Source of the DNA: Candidatus Aenigmatarchaeota archaeon | GTDB taxonomy: Archaea > EX4484-52 | Assembly (NCBI GenBank): GCA_023137195.1 | Contig: JAGLPV010000007.1 | Coordinates: forward strand, 1-31,861 | DNA length: 31,861 nt | Direction: 5' to 3' | In this document: in pieces, positions 8,121 to 18,140 of the stretch | Layout: every line of letters begins with the position of its first letter | How positions within the stretch are numbered: the stretch's first letter is position 1 | The notes under the pieces: generated by a model | What the model saw: only the letters and a program-made list of their open reading frames with translations | Told to the model about the DNA's origin: nothing | The model's database searches: none | Made by a program: the position numbers and the translations under genes

Positions 8121-8990
8121 ATGGAAGACACCACCTTAGCAATACTTTTCGGCTTAATCTCAATGCTAGGCTATGGCCTCTCCAATGGCCTGACAAAAGT
8201 CCCCCTCCTAAAAATAGGAAACATAAAAACAGTCTTCTACAGAGGCATTTTCGCAAACATCCTATTACTAATAACAACCCTATTCTACCTCCCAAAAATC
8301 AATTTTTCTCTCAATTACATCCTAATAGCATTTCTAATTTCCACAATAGCATATCTTTCAATCATTGCATTTTACAAAGCATTAAAAATCGGCAAAATAG
8401 GTCTTGTAAGCCCGGTAGCGAATTCCTCAGTAATATTCACAATTCTATTCTCAATAATTTTCTTCAGCGAATCTTTATCAGCAATACAAGCATTTTCAGT
8501 CCTCCTGATAATTTCAGGCATCACACTAATTTCAATAAATTTCAGTGATTTAAAAAATTCCCATTTTCTTAAAACCTCAAGCGGAATCCCACATGCTTTA
8601 ATCACCTGCTTATTATGGGGACTCATGTATTTCCTCTTCAAAATCCCCGTAATGGTAATAGGACCAATCCTGACAACATTCATCATAGAATGCGGGATAT
8701 TATTATACAGCGGCATCCATCTAAAAATTTCAAAAACTTCTTTCGATATCCCAAACCCGGTAATTTTAACATATATTTTCTTTGTTGCTTTTTTTGGAGT
8801 CATAGGCACATTATTCTTTAATTTAGGCATAAAAATATACGACGTAAGCATAATCGCCGCCCTGACATTTTCAAGCCCCATAGTAGTTGCCCTATACGGC
8901 AGATTCATATATAAAGAAAAACTCACCCTATCGCAGTGGCTTGCCATTTTATTAATATTAACCGGAATAATTTGCATATCCTATTTTTAG
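8121..8990 (+). CDS. EamA/DMT-family transporter
   Basis: 289 aa with about 10 TM helices in two repeats; YKALKIGKIGLVSP, FFSESLS and IYKEKLT motifs. Confidence 0.9.
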   Translation: MEDTTLAILFGLISMLGYGLSNGLTKVPLLKIGNIKTVFYRGIFANILLLITTLFYLPKINFSLNYILIAFLISTIAYLSIIAFYKALKIGKIGLVSPVANSSVIFTILFSIIFFSESLSAIQAFSVLLIISGITLISINFSDLKNSHFLKTSSGIPHALITCLLWGLMYFLFKIPVMVIGPILTTFIIECGILLYSGIHLKISKTSFDIPNPVILTYIFFVAFFGVIGTLFFNLGIKIYDVSIIAALTFSSPIVVALYGRFIYKEKLTLSQWLAILLILTGIICISYF

Positions 8991-9018
8991 TGGCACTCAC
9001 TTAATTATTTAAAACTTA

Positions 9019-9306
9019 ATGATAAAAAAGCCTATGGCAGATGAACTGATGGGTGGAATAACAGAACCAGCATCATCATTAAAAAACAAAACCGGCTCAT
9101 GGAGATCCAAAAAGCCAGTATGGGATAAGGAAAAATGCAAACATTGTATGATTTGCGTGAATTTCTGCCCTGACATGGCAATTGCAACCAAAAAAAAAGA
9201 AGGAAAACTCCAGAGACTCGAAACAAATTTCGATTACTGTAAAGGATGCGGAATATGCGCAAAAGAATGTCCTTTCAACGCAATAAAAATGATTGACGAA
9301 GTATAA
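9019..9306 (+). CDS. porD: Pyruvate/2-oxoacid:ferredoxin oxidoreductase delta subunit
   Basis: KTGSWR, CxxCxxCxxxCPD and DYCKGCGICAKECP. The start may be ATG 9034, leaderless after TTTAAAA at 9008. Confidence 0.93.
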   Translation: MIKKPMADELMGGITEPASSLKNKTGSWRSKKPVWDKEKCKHCMICVNFCPDMAIATKKKEGKLQRLETNFDYCKGCGICAKECPFNAIKMIDEV

Positions 9307-9320
9307 AAATAGTGATTAAT

Positions 9321-9581
9321 ATGAAAACAAAAAAAGTAAACCTTGCAGGAAAATTCGGAGCAAGATATGGAAGAGGAATCAAAAAAAAGATAATTTCCAT
9401 TGAGCAGTCATCTCACGATACTTATGTTTGCCCTGAATGCAACAGGAAAAGCATTAGGAGAGTTGCAGCAGGCATATGGCAGTGCAGGAAATGCAATGTA
9501 AAAATAGCAGGCGGTGCCTACGGTCTAACAACAAGCTCAACAGAGATGATGGAAAAAGTATTTGCAAGAAAAAAGGAATAA
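9321..9581 (+). CDS. rpl37ae: 50S ribosomal protein L37ae (eL43)
   Basis: AGKFGARYG, CPEC...GIWQCRKC...AGGAY zinc ribbon. Confidence 0.95.
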   Translation: MKTKKVNLAGKFGARYGRGIKKKIISIEQSSHDTYVCPECNRKSIRRVAAGIWQCRKCNVKIAGGAYGLTTSSTEMMEKVFARKKE

Positions 9582-9590
9582 TTTGTTATT

Positions 9591-10079
9591 ATGACAAATG
9601 AAGAGCATCCAAAACATAAAAAAGAGTCAAAGAAAAATCCCCTTGAGGAATTAAAAAAGCAAAACAAGGAATTAAATGAAAAATACCTTTCTCTTTATGC
9701 AGAGTTTGAAAATTACAGGAAAAGAACAGAGAACGAGATGGTAGACAGGATAGCTTATTCAAACGAAAAACTGGTCTCAAAATTGCTTGGAGTCATAGAT
9801 AATTTTGAACTTGCCATTGTGGCATGCAGTGAAGAAGAGAAAAAAAAGCCGTTCTACAGCGGCATGAATATGATTTTTAAAAATTTTCTAAATGTTCTTG
9901 AAAAAGAAGGATTAACCCCCATACAAACACATGGAAGCGAATTCAACCCAAACCACCACGAAGCAATAGGAACCGTCGAGTCCAAAGAGCATAAAAAAGA
10001 CACCATCCTGGAAGTGCAGAAAGGATACAATTACAAAGACAAAGTAATTCGCCCCGCAAAAGTGAAGATTGTAAAATAA
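9591..10079 (+). CDS. grpE: Nucleotide exchange factor GrpE
   Basis: AEFENYRKR, FNPNHHEAI, QKGY...VIRPAKVKI. Confidence 0.95.
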   Translation: MTNEEHPKHKKESKKNPLEELKKQNKELNEKYLSLYAEFENYRKRTENEMVDRIAYSNEKLVSKLLGVIDNFELAIVACSEEEKKKPFYSGMNMIFKNFLNVLEKEGLTPIQTHGSEFNPNHHEAIGTVESKEHKKDTILEVQKGYNYKDKVIRPAKVKIVK

Positions 10080-10100
10080 TCAATCACTCTTATTTTTCAC

Positions 10101-10283
10101 GCACCACAAGATACAGAATGCGAGAAATCAAAGATTTTCTACAACACATTCAATAAAAGTGAATGACACATATTGAGCATAGGAGAAAGAAATAAACCTA
10201 AATCACTTTCTTGTGGGTTCCGTGCGTCATTCAACAAAGTTGAATGTGCAAAAAAGCAGAGCTTTTTTCGCATCCTGTGGATT
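10101..10283. repeat. Modular palindromic (REP/MITE-like) intergenic element, copy 2
   Basis: Collinear with 377-510 (CACATTCAA..TGAA.GACACA..CATAG..AAATAAAC..TGTGGGTTCCGTGCG..CTGTGGATT) with an extra inverted hairpin module at 10227-10272. Confidence 0.75.
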
Positions 10284-12218
10284 TTAATCAGTTCCAGTAC
10301 ATGCGAGCATCCCTCCCGCAAGCAAAATGTCCCTCTGCCTATCCGAAACATCACACTCAACAGTAAATTCCGTACCTTTCGTCTTATTCCTAACAACAAT
10401 ACTTTTCCCTTCTCCAATAGCCTTTTTTATATCCAAAATCTCTATTTCATCTTTTTCCTCTATTGCATTATAGTCGCCATCCTTTTCAAAAACCAGCGGA
10501 ACAATCCCAAAATTAATCAGGTTGGCCGTATGTATTCTTTCAAAAGATTTAGCGATAACCGCTTTGACACCAAGAAACATAGGACATAGTGCAGCATGCT
10601 CCCTGGACGAACCCTGCCCATAACTCAACCCTCCGACGATAATATTGTCTTTGCCAGAGTCACGGATTTTTGATGCTCGTTCATAGAAGGACGGGTCAAG
10701 TATTTCAAACACAAATTCCGAGTATTTCGGTACATTCGACCTGTACTTCATCCTACTACCAGCAGGAATTATATGATCTGTAGTAGTTTTATCTCCTGTT
10801 TTAATAGTAACTACTCCATCAATAGTTTCCGGCATAGGACTGATGGATGGTGGATTTCCAATATTAGGACCCCTGTATATTTCAATCCCTTTTTTTTCTT
10901 CCGTCGGAAAAATAAACATACTTTTATCTGTATAAAACTCGCTAGGCATCTCCACAAGAGGGCATTCTATTTCCATATTTCGCGGGTCAGTAATTTTCCC
11001 CGTTATAACTGCCGCAGCAGCAGATTCCACACTCGTCAAATACACATGTGCACTTTTTGTCCCAGAACGACCAAGAAAATTCCTATTACTCGTCCTTACA
11101 CTAACCGCATCATTTTGCGGGGACTGGCTGTTGCCTATGCAAAATCCACATGCAGATTCCACTATCCTTGCCCCCGAATCAATCAAATCTCCCAGAGCCC
11201 CGTTTTTAGAAATATTCTGGAGTACAGCTCTTGAACCGGGCGCAACAACAAAACTAACATCAGGATGCGCTTTTTTGCCTTTCAATATTTTTGCAATAGT
11301 CATCAAATCCTTATAGGACGAATTAGTACAACTTCCGACACACACCTGGTTCACTTTCATCCCTTTCAGCTCTTCAACAGTTTTGATATTTCCCGGGCTG
11401 TGCGGACAAGCCGCAAGAGGAACAATTTCACTCAAATCAACATCAATCACCTTTTCATAAACCGCATCACCATCTGCCTTAAGTTCAACCCAGTCTTCTT
11501 CCCTTTGCTGGCTCTTGAGAAATTCCCGTGTTATCTCATCGCTCGGGAAAACAGAAGTAGTAACCCCGCATTCCGCACCCATATTTGTGATGGTTGCTCT
11601 TTCCGGCACAGAAAGAGTATTTACACCTTCCCCACCATATTCAAACACGCACCCTACATTACCTTTAGTGGTGAATATCTCAAGTATCTTAAGCACAACA
11701 TCTTTTGCAGCCACCCAGGACTTTAGTCTGCCAGTCAGGTTAATCTTTATCACTTTAGGACACGTAATATAAAAAGGTCCTCCTGCCATTGCAACTGCCA
11801 CATCCAGTCCCCCGGCACCCATAGCCATCATCCCGATACCACCACCTGTAGGTGTATGCGAGTCAGAGCCAAGAAGAGTTTTTCCCGGCTTCCCGAACCG
11901 CTCCAAATGCACCTGGTGGCAAATTCCATTACCTGCCCTTGAAAAGACAATCCCGTATTTTTCAGCAATAGTCTGGAGATACCTGTGATCATCCGCATTT
12001 TCAAAACCAATTTGGATAGTATTGTGGTCAACATAGCTGACAGACAATTCCGTCTTCACCTCAGGAACATTCATAGTCTCAAACTGTAAATACGCCATAG
12101 TGCCTGTCGCATCCTGCGTCAAAGTCTGGTCGATTCTGATTGCAATCTCCTTACCAGACTTAAAATTTCCTTTAACAATATGTTCTTCCAATATTTTTTG
12201 AGTTATGCTTTTTCCCAT
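10284..12218 (-). CDS. Aconitate hydratase (single-chain aconitase)
   Basis: QDATG, DHN, GICHQVH, GSDSHT, GSCTNS, CGFCIG, TTDHI and GSSREHA motifs. Confidence 0.93.
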   Translation of the reverse strand: MGKSITQKILEEHIVKGNFKSGKEIAIRIDQTLTQDATGTMAYLQFETMNVPEVKTELSVSYVDHNTIQIGFENADDHRYLQTIAEKYGIVFSRAGNGICHQVHLERFGKPGKTLLGSDSHTPTGGGIGMMAMGAGGLDVAVAMAGGPFYITCPKVIKINLTGRLKSWVAAKDVVLKILEIFTTKGNVGCVFEYGGEGVNTLSVPERATITNMGAECGVTTSVFPSDEITREFLKSQQREEDWVELKADGDAVYEKVIDVDLSEIVPLAACPHSPGNIKTVEELKGMKVNQVCVGSCTNSSYKDLMTIAKILKGKKAHPDVSFVVAPGSRAVLQNISKNGALGDLIDSGARIVESACGFCIGNSQSPQNDAVSVRTSNRNFLGRSGTKSAHVYLTSVESAAAAVITGKITDPRNMEIECPLVEMPSEFYTDKSMFIFPTEEKKGIEIYRGPNIGNPPSISPMPETIDGVVTIKTGDKTTTDHIIPAGSRMKYRSNVPKYSEFVFEILDPSFYERASKIRDSGKDNIIVGGLSYGQGSSREHAALCPMFLGVKAVIAKSFERIHTANLINFGIVPLVFEKDGDYNAIEEKDEIEILDIKKAIGEGKSIVVRNKTKGTEFTVECDVSDRQRDILLAGGMLACTGTD

Positions 12219-12220
12219 AA

Positions 12221-13420
12221 TTAATTATAAGTTTGTCTCTTGCTTTTCAATTCAGGGTCGCGGATAGTTTCCATTACATAATCAGCAAATTCTGCTCCTG
12301 TCGCACCGTCAGAACGCCCGGTTATGACAAGTCTCTTTTCATGCTGTCCGCATATATCCAGCGCCATCTCAAGTTTTTCTGCTTTATCCATAAAGCCGAT
12401 ATGCTTTAATAGCATAATTGTGGCTCTCATAATGCTTGAAGGGTCTGCATATTTGTCCCGACCTTCATCAACCATCCTCGGTGCACTGCCGTGGATGGCT
12501 TCAAACATAGCATATTGTTTTCCAATATTAGCACTGCCCGCAGTACCCACACCACCCTGGAACTCTGCCGCCTCATCAGTAATAATATCACCATAAAGAT
12601 TTGGAAGTACAACAACCCTAAATTGCGTCCTGCGTTTTGGGTCCACTAGCTTAGCAGCCATAATGTCAATAAACCAGTCATCCCATTCAACTTCAGGATA
12701 TTCTTTTGCAATACTCTCTGCCGTTCCGAGAAATTTCCCATCTGTTGTTTTCAATATATTTGCCTTGGTAACAACAGTCACTTTGTTGATGTTGTTCTTT
12801 TTTGCATAATCAAAAGCAAGCCGGATTATCCTGTCGCATCCCTGTGTTGTCATAACCCTAAAATCCATAGCAAGGTCATCGCCAATATTAACACCCTTGC
12901 TCCCCAGGACATAAGCCCCCTCAGTATTCTCCCTGAAAAAAATCCAGTCTATTCCCTCTTTAGGCACTTTCACAGGGCGTACATTTGCAAACAAATCCAG
13001 TTCACGCCGCATTGCGACATTTGCGCTCTCAATATTAGGCCACTGGTCGCCTTTCTTTGGCGTTGTCGTAGGTCCTTTAAGTAGGATATGGCATTTTTTA
13101 ATTTCTTCCAAAACATCATCTGGTATTGCCTTCATGACTTTTGCGCGGTTCTCTATCGTAAGATTTTCAATGACATTGAACTCAATCTTCCCTCTTTCAA
13201 CCTCATCTTTGAGCAGGAATTCCAAAACACGCTGTGATTCTTTGGTGATTGCAGGTCCGATACCATCCCCTCCAATAATGCCAATCCTGATTGGTTTGAG
13301 TGCATCATAATCTATCCATTCTGCATTTTCTTTCATGCGTTCAATTCTTTCGAGTTGCTCCACAATCAACTCGCCGAAATGTTTTTTTGCTTCTTCAATT
13401 TTCTCTTCCATTATATTCAT
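12221..13420 (-). CDS. Isocitrate/isopropylmalate-family dehydrogenase, likely isocitrate dehydrogenase
   Basis: GDGIGP, KGPTTTP, SANVAMRR, RENTEG, NLYGDI, FEAIHGSAP; directly upstream of aconitase. Confidence 0.88.
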   Translation of the reverse strand: MNIMEEKIEEAKKHFGELIVEQLERIERMKENAEWIDYDALKPIRIGIIGGDGIGPAITKESQRVLEFLLKDEVERGKIEFNVIENLTIENRAKVMKAIPDDVLEEIKKCHILLKGPTTTPKKGDQWPNIESANVAMRRELDLFANVRPVKVPKEGIDWIFFRENTEGAYVLGSKGVNIGDDLAMDFRVMTTQGCDRIIRLAFDYAKKNNINKVTVVTKANILKTTDGKFLGTAESIAKEYPEVEWDDWFIDIMAAKLVDPKRRTQFRVVVLPNLYGDIITDEAAEFQGGVGTAGSANIGKQYAMFEAIHGSAPRMVDEGRDKYADPSSIMRATIMLLKHIGFMDKAEKLEMALDICGQHEKRLVITGRSDGATGAEFADYVMETIRDPELKSKRQTYN

Positions 13421-13434
13421 ATTGTATTATTATT

Positions 13435-14154
13435 TTATAATTTTGTAACCTTCCCCTCCAACCCAAAATCCTCATTTTTCATCAATCTAGGTACATCCCC
13501 AATCATCCCAATTTTATCATCAACAATAATTACAGCACCCAAAAAATACTCCTTTCCAACAAGCCACTCAAGAACCTCTTTAATATCTCCGCATCCTTTA
13601 ACTTTATTTGCCGCCGCAGTACAGAGCCCGTCCGCAACACTCGCCTTTTCAGACAAGACCACAGCCAGATCACATTTCCCAAAACTAAGAGAATGCCCCA
13701 TAACAGAAGATGAAGAACAAATAGACACAGGCGTATTTCCCTCTGTCAACCCAAAGCATAATTTATCCTTCAGTTTATTCTCCCCCGAAAACAACCCAAC
13801 ATTTATTTTCTTCTTAGTATAAGCAAAAATATCCCCTCCATTTTCCACAATAAGTACAGCTGGTTTGTGAACAGCAATCGCCCTTTTAACCGCAAATTCC
13901 GCGATAACCCCTGCAACCGTCGCCATCTGTCCGACACCTGCAATTTTCGCTCCAATTGTCATCTCCTTTATTATCAAAGGAGCATTTTTTTTTATTTCAA
14001 CAGGAACCAAAGAACTAAGGAATTCTTCATCTGCATAATTCTCTATTATCGTCCTCTGAATCACAACTTCTTCATAAACAGTATCAATTACTTTTTCCTC
14101 ATCAGCAAGAATCTTAATTTTGCTGTCTTTATATTGTAGCGTCCTGATTATCAT
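13435..14154 (-). CDS. UPF0280 / COG2122 ApbE-like protein
   Basis: MATVAG, VENGGDI, SSSSVMGHSLSFG, ADGLCTAAAN; typical partner of DUF39. Confidence 0.85.
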   Translation of the reverse strand: MIIRTLQYKDSKIKILADEEKVIDTVYEEVVIQRTIIENYADEEFLSSLVPVEIKKNAPLIIKEMTIGAKIAGVGQMATVAGVIAEFAVKRAIAVHKPAVLIVENGGDIFAYTKKKINVGLFSGENKLKDKLCFGLTEGNTPVSICSSSSVMGHSLSFGKCDLAVVLSEKASVADGLCTAAANKVKGCGDIKEVLEWLVGKEYFLGAVIIVDDKIGMIGDVPRLMKNEDFGLEGKVTKL

Positions 14155-14560
14155 TTAAAACATCCTCGATTGCACCAAAAGGGCAGACCAAAATACACGC
14201 CCTGCATTCAATACATTTATCCGAATCAAATTCCACCTGCATTGTTTTCCTGTCCGGAATATGCAAAGCACCTGCCGGGCAGTTTGAAACACAAAGACCA
14301 CAAGAAGTACATTTATCTTTATTCAGCCGAATCCCCTTTTCAAAAGTATCCACTTTCACCCCGAGAGATTTCAAATAAGCAATTGAATCAGCAATATTTT
14401 TTTCTTCCCCTTCAAGTTCAACAACCATAAACCCTTCCTGGTTTTCTGTAACCTTAGCGCGGAAAATATTCGGAATTACATCATAATGTTTTACCAGGTA
14501 ATATATTGTAGGCTCTTTAATTCTTTTTCTTGGATAACAAAGCAGGAATTTTTGTTTCAT
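14129..14560 (-). CDS. NIL-domain 2x[4Fe-4S] ferredoxin (DUF39 partner)
   Basis: N-terminal NIL-like domain (PNIFRAKV) plus two CxxCxxCxxxCP motifs. Confidence 0.9.
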   Translation of the reverse strand: MKQKFLLCYPRKRIKEPTIYYLVKHYDVIPNIFRAKVTENQEGFMVVELEGEEKNIADSIAYLKSLGVKVDTFEKGIRLNKDKCTSCGLCVSNCPAGALHIPDRKTMQVEFDSDKCIECRACILVCPFGAIEDVLNDNQDATI

Positions 14561-15753
14561 TTTTTTCCACCTCTAATTTCTAATTTCATAAAACCCTGGT
14601 TTGACGGTAATTTTTCAAAGGGTTCATTAAGCAGGAATTTGCCTTCTACAATTTCCTTTTTCAACAATATCGCTATTTTTCTTGCCTTAGAATAGCTTGA
14701 TGTTGAACTCGTCTTCACTTCTTTATTGTCGATAATAATTTTTCCTGATTTTAATTCCCCGTAACTGACCTTTTTTACAATACCTGGATTTCGGTTAGGA
14801 TACTCGTGGCTGTAGTCAATGACAGGAGCATAGATATCTTCATCCTTCACACAGGTTGCCTTAAGTATTTCTTTATCCAGTATCGGTATAGGAACACCCA
14901 CACCCAAAGCCAAACTCACACCATAACCCCTCATACTAACGCCCCGAACAAATTCAGGGTTCATTTTTTTCATGTCTGCTGTCAGGGCAAGCGTACCGGC
15001 ACCTTCCATAGGAACATCATTATCTCCTCTTTCACATTCACTACAATGCTGGGTACCCTGAGAATACACATGACCATGTGCGCCCGCAAGCCACACCCTC
15101 GTACCAACACCAATAGTCCTATATGTCGGGTCATTCAACAACGGACTCAATTGTCCGGTAGTAGCATAAACAGCATTTTGCATATTCGGCTTCAACTGCC
15201 CGAGATAAGTATAAATAGTCCTATCTTTATGCGCATTTACAGCCACATTATAATTCTGGTAACAGTTCCTTGGATTCACCATTATCGCTTGGTTCAAATC
15301 CCGTATATTTATCATCGTCCTTATTTCCTTCCGGGGGTATTCATCAGTCCCATAAGATAACGCAAACAATTGCACATCTTTTCCACTGATTAAATCCTCA
15401 ATAACATGCCCACCACCGTATTTAAAGTTCCCTGGAAAATACCTGTTTTCGGGATCATTGTATTGCAGTTCTGTTGCACCAAGATAACTATCCACTGCCG
15501 CAATACCCGTATAGACACGAACATCATTAAGCCATGCTTCAGACATTCTTATCTTTGGCTTAGAATGCCCGAAATTCAAAAAACATCCCGAGGAACACAT
15601 CGCACCAAACGTTGCAGTAGTCACCACATCAATTTTTTCATAAGCATTGTCCAGTCCTTCCTTCTCTACAATATCTATGATTTCCTCTGCCGTAACCACA
15701 ACTGCCTCTCCTTTCTTGATTTTTTCATTTATTTGAGAGTATGTTCTTTCCAT
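14557..15753 (-). CDS. DUF39/COG1900 homocysteine biosynthesis protein (aspartate-semialdehyde sulfurtransferase), without CBS pair
   Basis: EINEK-like start, DVVTTATFGAMCSSG, YGGGHVIEDL, NPRNCYQNY, LSPLLNDP; ends where CBS domains would begin. Confidence 0.9.
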   Translation of the reverse strand: MERTYSQINEKIKKGEAVVVTAEEIIDIVEKEGLDNAYEKIDVVTTATFGAMCSSGCFLNFGHSKPKIRMSEAWLNDVRVYTGIAAVDSYLGATELQYNDPENRYFPGNFKYGGGHVIEDLISGKDVQLFALSYGTDEYPRKEIRTMINIRDLNQAIMVNPRNCYQNYNVAVNAHKDRTIYTYLGQLKPNMQNAVYATTGQLSPLLNDPTYRTIGVGTRVWLAGAHGHVYSQGTQHCSECERGDNDVPMEGAGTLALTADMKKMNPEFVRGVSMRGYGVSLALGVGVPIPILDKEILKATCVKDEDIYAPVIDYSHEYPNRNPGIVKKVSYGELKSGKIIIDNKEVKTSSTSSYSKARKIAILLKKEIVEGKFLLNEPFEKLPSNQGFMKLEIRGGKK

Positions 15754-15789
15754 ACTAAGAAACAAAAATACATCTTTAAAAATTTATTA

Positions 15790-15820
15790 ACAGTTAATGA
15801 AAAAACAGTTTCGAGTTTTT
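15790..15820. terminator. Inverted repeat / possible terminator
   Basis: AATGAAAAAAC-AGTTTCGA-GTTTTTTTCATT, continuing to about 15826. Confidence 0.35.
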
Positions 15821-16027
15821 TTCATTCATGAGAAAAGTTGGGTGCAACGTGGCAGAATCCTACATGTACTGTTAGACGAAATACATTTTTATATTTTGCC
15901 GCTCCGCTTTTCGCGTTTTTAATAAGGAGGGGCGAATTGATTATTTTTTATAAGGGGGCATACGGCGTTTTCTCCACTTCGCTACAAAAACATATATTTT
16001 AAAAAAATAACAGAGTAATATAAAAAC

Positions 16028-17803
16028 ATGAAAGTTATACATCATATCAAAATTCGATACTTCCGATCAATAAAGGAACTAACGATTTCCAAAATTGATG
16101 AAGTAAATATTTTTTCAGGAGCAAATGATTCAGGTAAATCCAATATCTTAAAGGCTTTAAATCTATTCTTCAATGAACAAACAAACTTTCAACAAAAACT
16201 AATTTTCGATGAAGAGTTTTCAAAAGAAAGATTAGATGATGTAAGAAAAAAATCAATCAAAGGAAGACAAATCATCGCCATCAGAATATCATTCTGTGCA
16301 CCTTCAGGACACAAGAATTTACCAAAGACCTTTTATGTGGAAAAAGCATGGGATAGAGATGGAAAGTTAATCTCTAGTAATGATAATGTTATATCCCAAT
16401 ATAAGAAGGGTAAAACTAAGGCTAAAACTGAAAAAACAGCTAAACAGGCACTATCAAGATTTATAAATAGTATACATTATGAATATATTCCTGCAGTTAG
16501 ATCACCAAAAATTTTTGATAATCTCCTAACATTACTCCAAGAGTTAATACTATCGAAGAACAAAAAAAACACTAAAATTAGTGGTCTATTAACCAATATC
16601 AATGACGAAACAAAAAAATTCACTGAAAAAATTAGTAAGGATTTTGAAAAAATATCAGGTATAAAATCTGGGATAAGGACCCCTTCTGAATTTCAGGACT
16701 TTTTCAAAAGTTTTTTTATTGATACAGAAAGTGGGCAATTCAGTATCCCTTTGAAATTACGAGGCGACGGCATTCAAATGAGATACATCCCTACAATACT
16801 TGACTATATCACAAAAAACTCAAGAGGTATTTTTATTTGGGGATTCGATGAGCCAGAAAATTCAACTGAATACTCGCTTTGCGCTCAAATGGCAGATGAT
16901 TTCAAAAATATATTTGCAAAAAATTCACAAATTTTTATCTCCACACATTCATTTCACTTTACAACATTACGAGGGGAAAATGTCTCAAAATATAGAGTGT
17001 ATAAAGATAAGATAAATGTTAATTCTTTAGTAACATTACTGAAGGATGACGGACAATTAAAATTATTTGGAACTTCTGACACACAAAAAATAAATGAAGA
17101 ACTCGGAATATTAGATATGCATAAAGCTATCGCAAATGAATATAGAGAATGGCAAGAAAATAAAGACAAATGGCTATCTATGTTTGACAAGCTAAAGAAA
17201 CAAATCAATGATGATGGAAATCTTCCAATACTTTTTGTTGAAGGTAAAACCGACAAAATAATCTTGGAAAAAGCTTGGAAAAAGCTAAATCCGAGCAAAG
17301 ATTTACCTTTCAAAATAGTAGAAGCTTTTGACCGCTATTTCCTAGGTAATACTTTTGCAAGAGGAGATATTTTCAGAAACTACCCTTCAAAAAAATTCAT
17401 AGGTATGCTTGATTTCGATGATGGTTATGACAATTGGGTTGGGTTAAAAAACGGGAAAAGAGGTAACAGTCAATATAATGAAACTGAAAATGATAAGAAA
17501 AAAGGCTTAACAATAAAACATGTTAAAGAAAATGGTTATGTATTCCTATTGCCTGTCCCAGATTCAAGAAAAAAATATGCCGATGCTACATATGGAAAAT
17601 CCTACCTTACCATAGAGCTACTCTTTTCAGATAATCTGTTAAAAGATTATACTAAAGAAATTACATTAGCTGGAGGAGGAAAAGTAAAAAAGATAAAAGA
17701 TTCAAAAAAAGAAAGTTTTTCAAAGATAGTCAAAGATTTTAAAAAAAACGAGTTTGACAACTTTAAGGCAATTTTTGATCTTATAGAAAATTTAATAAAA
17801 TAG
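16028..17803 (+). CDS. OLD-family ATP-dependent nuclease (ABC/AAA_15-type ATPase + TOPRIM), candidate anti-viral defence protein
   Basis: Walker A GANDSGKSN, signature-like RGDG, Walker B/D-loop GFDEPEN, H-loop STHS; TOPRIM LFVEGKTD, DFD and TIE. Confidence 0.82.
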   Translation: MKVIHHIKIRYFRSIKELTISKIDEVNIFSGANDSGKSNILKALNLFFNEQTNFQQKLIFDEEFSKERLDDVRKKSIKGRQIIAIRISFCAPSGHKNLPKTFYVEKAWDRDGKLISSNDNVISQYKKGKTKAKTEKTAKQALSRFINSIHYEYIPAVRSPKIFDNLLTLLQELILSKNKKNTKISGLLTNINDETKKFTEKISKDFEKISGIKSGIRTPSEFQDFFKSFFIDTESGQFSIPLKLRGDGIQMRYIPTILDYITKNSRGIFIWGFDEPENSTEYSLCAQMADDFKNIFAKNSQIFISTHSFHFTTLRGENVSKYRVYKDKINVNSLVTLLKDDGQLKLFGTSDTQKINEELGILDMHKAIANEYREWQENKDKWLSMFDKLKKQINDDGNLPILFVEGKTDKIILEKAWKKLNPSKDLPFKIVEAFDRYFLGNTFARGDIFRNYPSKKFIGMLDFDDGYDNWVGLKNGKRGNSQYNETENDKKKGLTIKHVKENGYVFLLPVPDSRKKYADATYGKSYLTIELLFSDNLLKDYTKEITLAGGGKVKKIKDSKKESFSKIVKDFKKNEFDNFKAIFDLIENLIK

Positions 17804-17992
17804 GTGTTTTGGTTTGGGTAATTTACCCACTCCTTTTACCATTACAAAAACAGAATCAATTCGCCATTAATAACTAAGTAAAAAGCAATCGCAGTATATG
17901 ATACATAAAGGAAAATAATATATAGCAAATTCTCTAATGGTTAAGAATTTGTAGCCATATAATCATAACCACTTAGAAATAATAAACTTCAT

Positions 17993-18139
17993 TTATTCGA
18001 AATATTTTAAAACAAGTGCTGTTGCAAAAATTAATCCTGCATAGGTTGCAATTTCTCCAGTTAAAATAACTTCAGATTTTCCATACGGTGGAAAAAAGTC
18101 AACTTCAAACTTGTTTCTTGCCATTCTTACTTCATTCAT
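17993..18139 (-). CDS. Unlisted 48-aa single-TM protein
   Basis: MNEVRMARNKFEVDFFPPYGKSEVILTGEIATYAGLIFATALVLKYFE; SD GGAGGTGA 5 nt upstream; starts 1 nt after the upstream stop. Confidence 0.65.
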   Translation of the reverse strand: MNEVRMARNKFEVDFFPPYGKSEVILTGEIATYAGLIFATALVLKYFE

Positions 18140-18140
18140 T

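Noticed and set aside
8372-8977. 201-aa antisense ORF (and similar shadow ORFs such as 22050-22661, 28624-29211, 14806-15360)
   Set aside because: Fully opposite well-supported genes; explained by codon bias.
10139-10589. ORFs 10139-10417 and 10173-10589
   Set aside because: Derived from the repeat element and alternative frames of aconitase.
16028-17803. Gabija or retron system call
   Set aside because: No GajB helicase, reverse transcriptase or msr-msd partner nearby.
17867-17992. Third small hydrophobic ORF after the 48-aa gene
   Set aside because: Stops after 9 codons (TGA); TGA is a normal stop elsewhere (aroB', porG), so there is no support for recoding; at most a relic.
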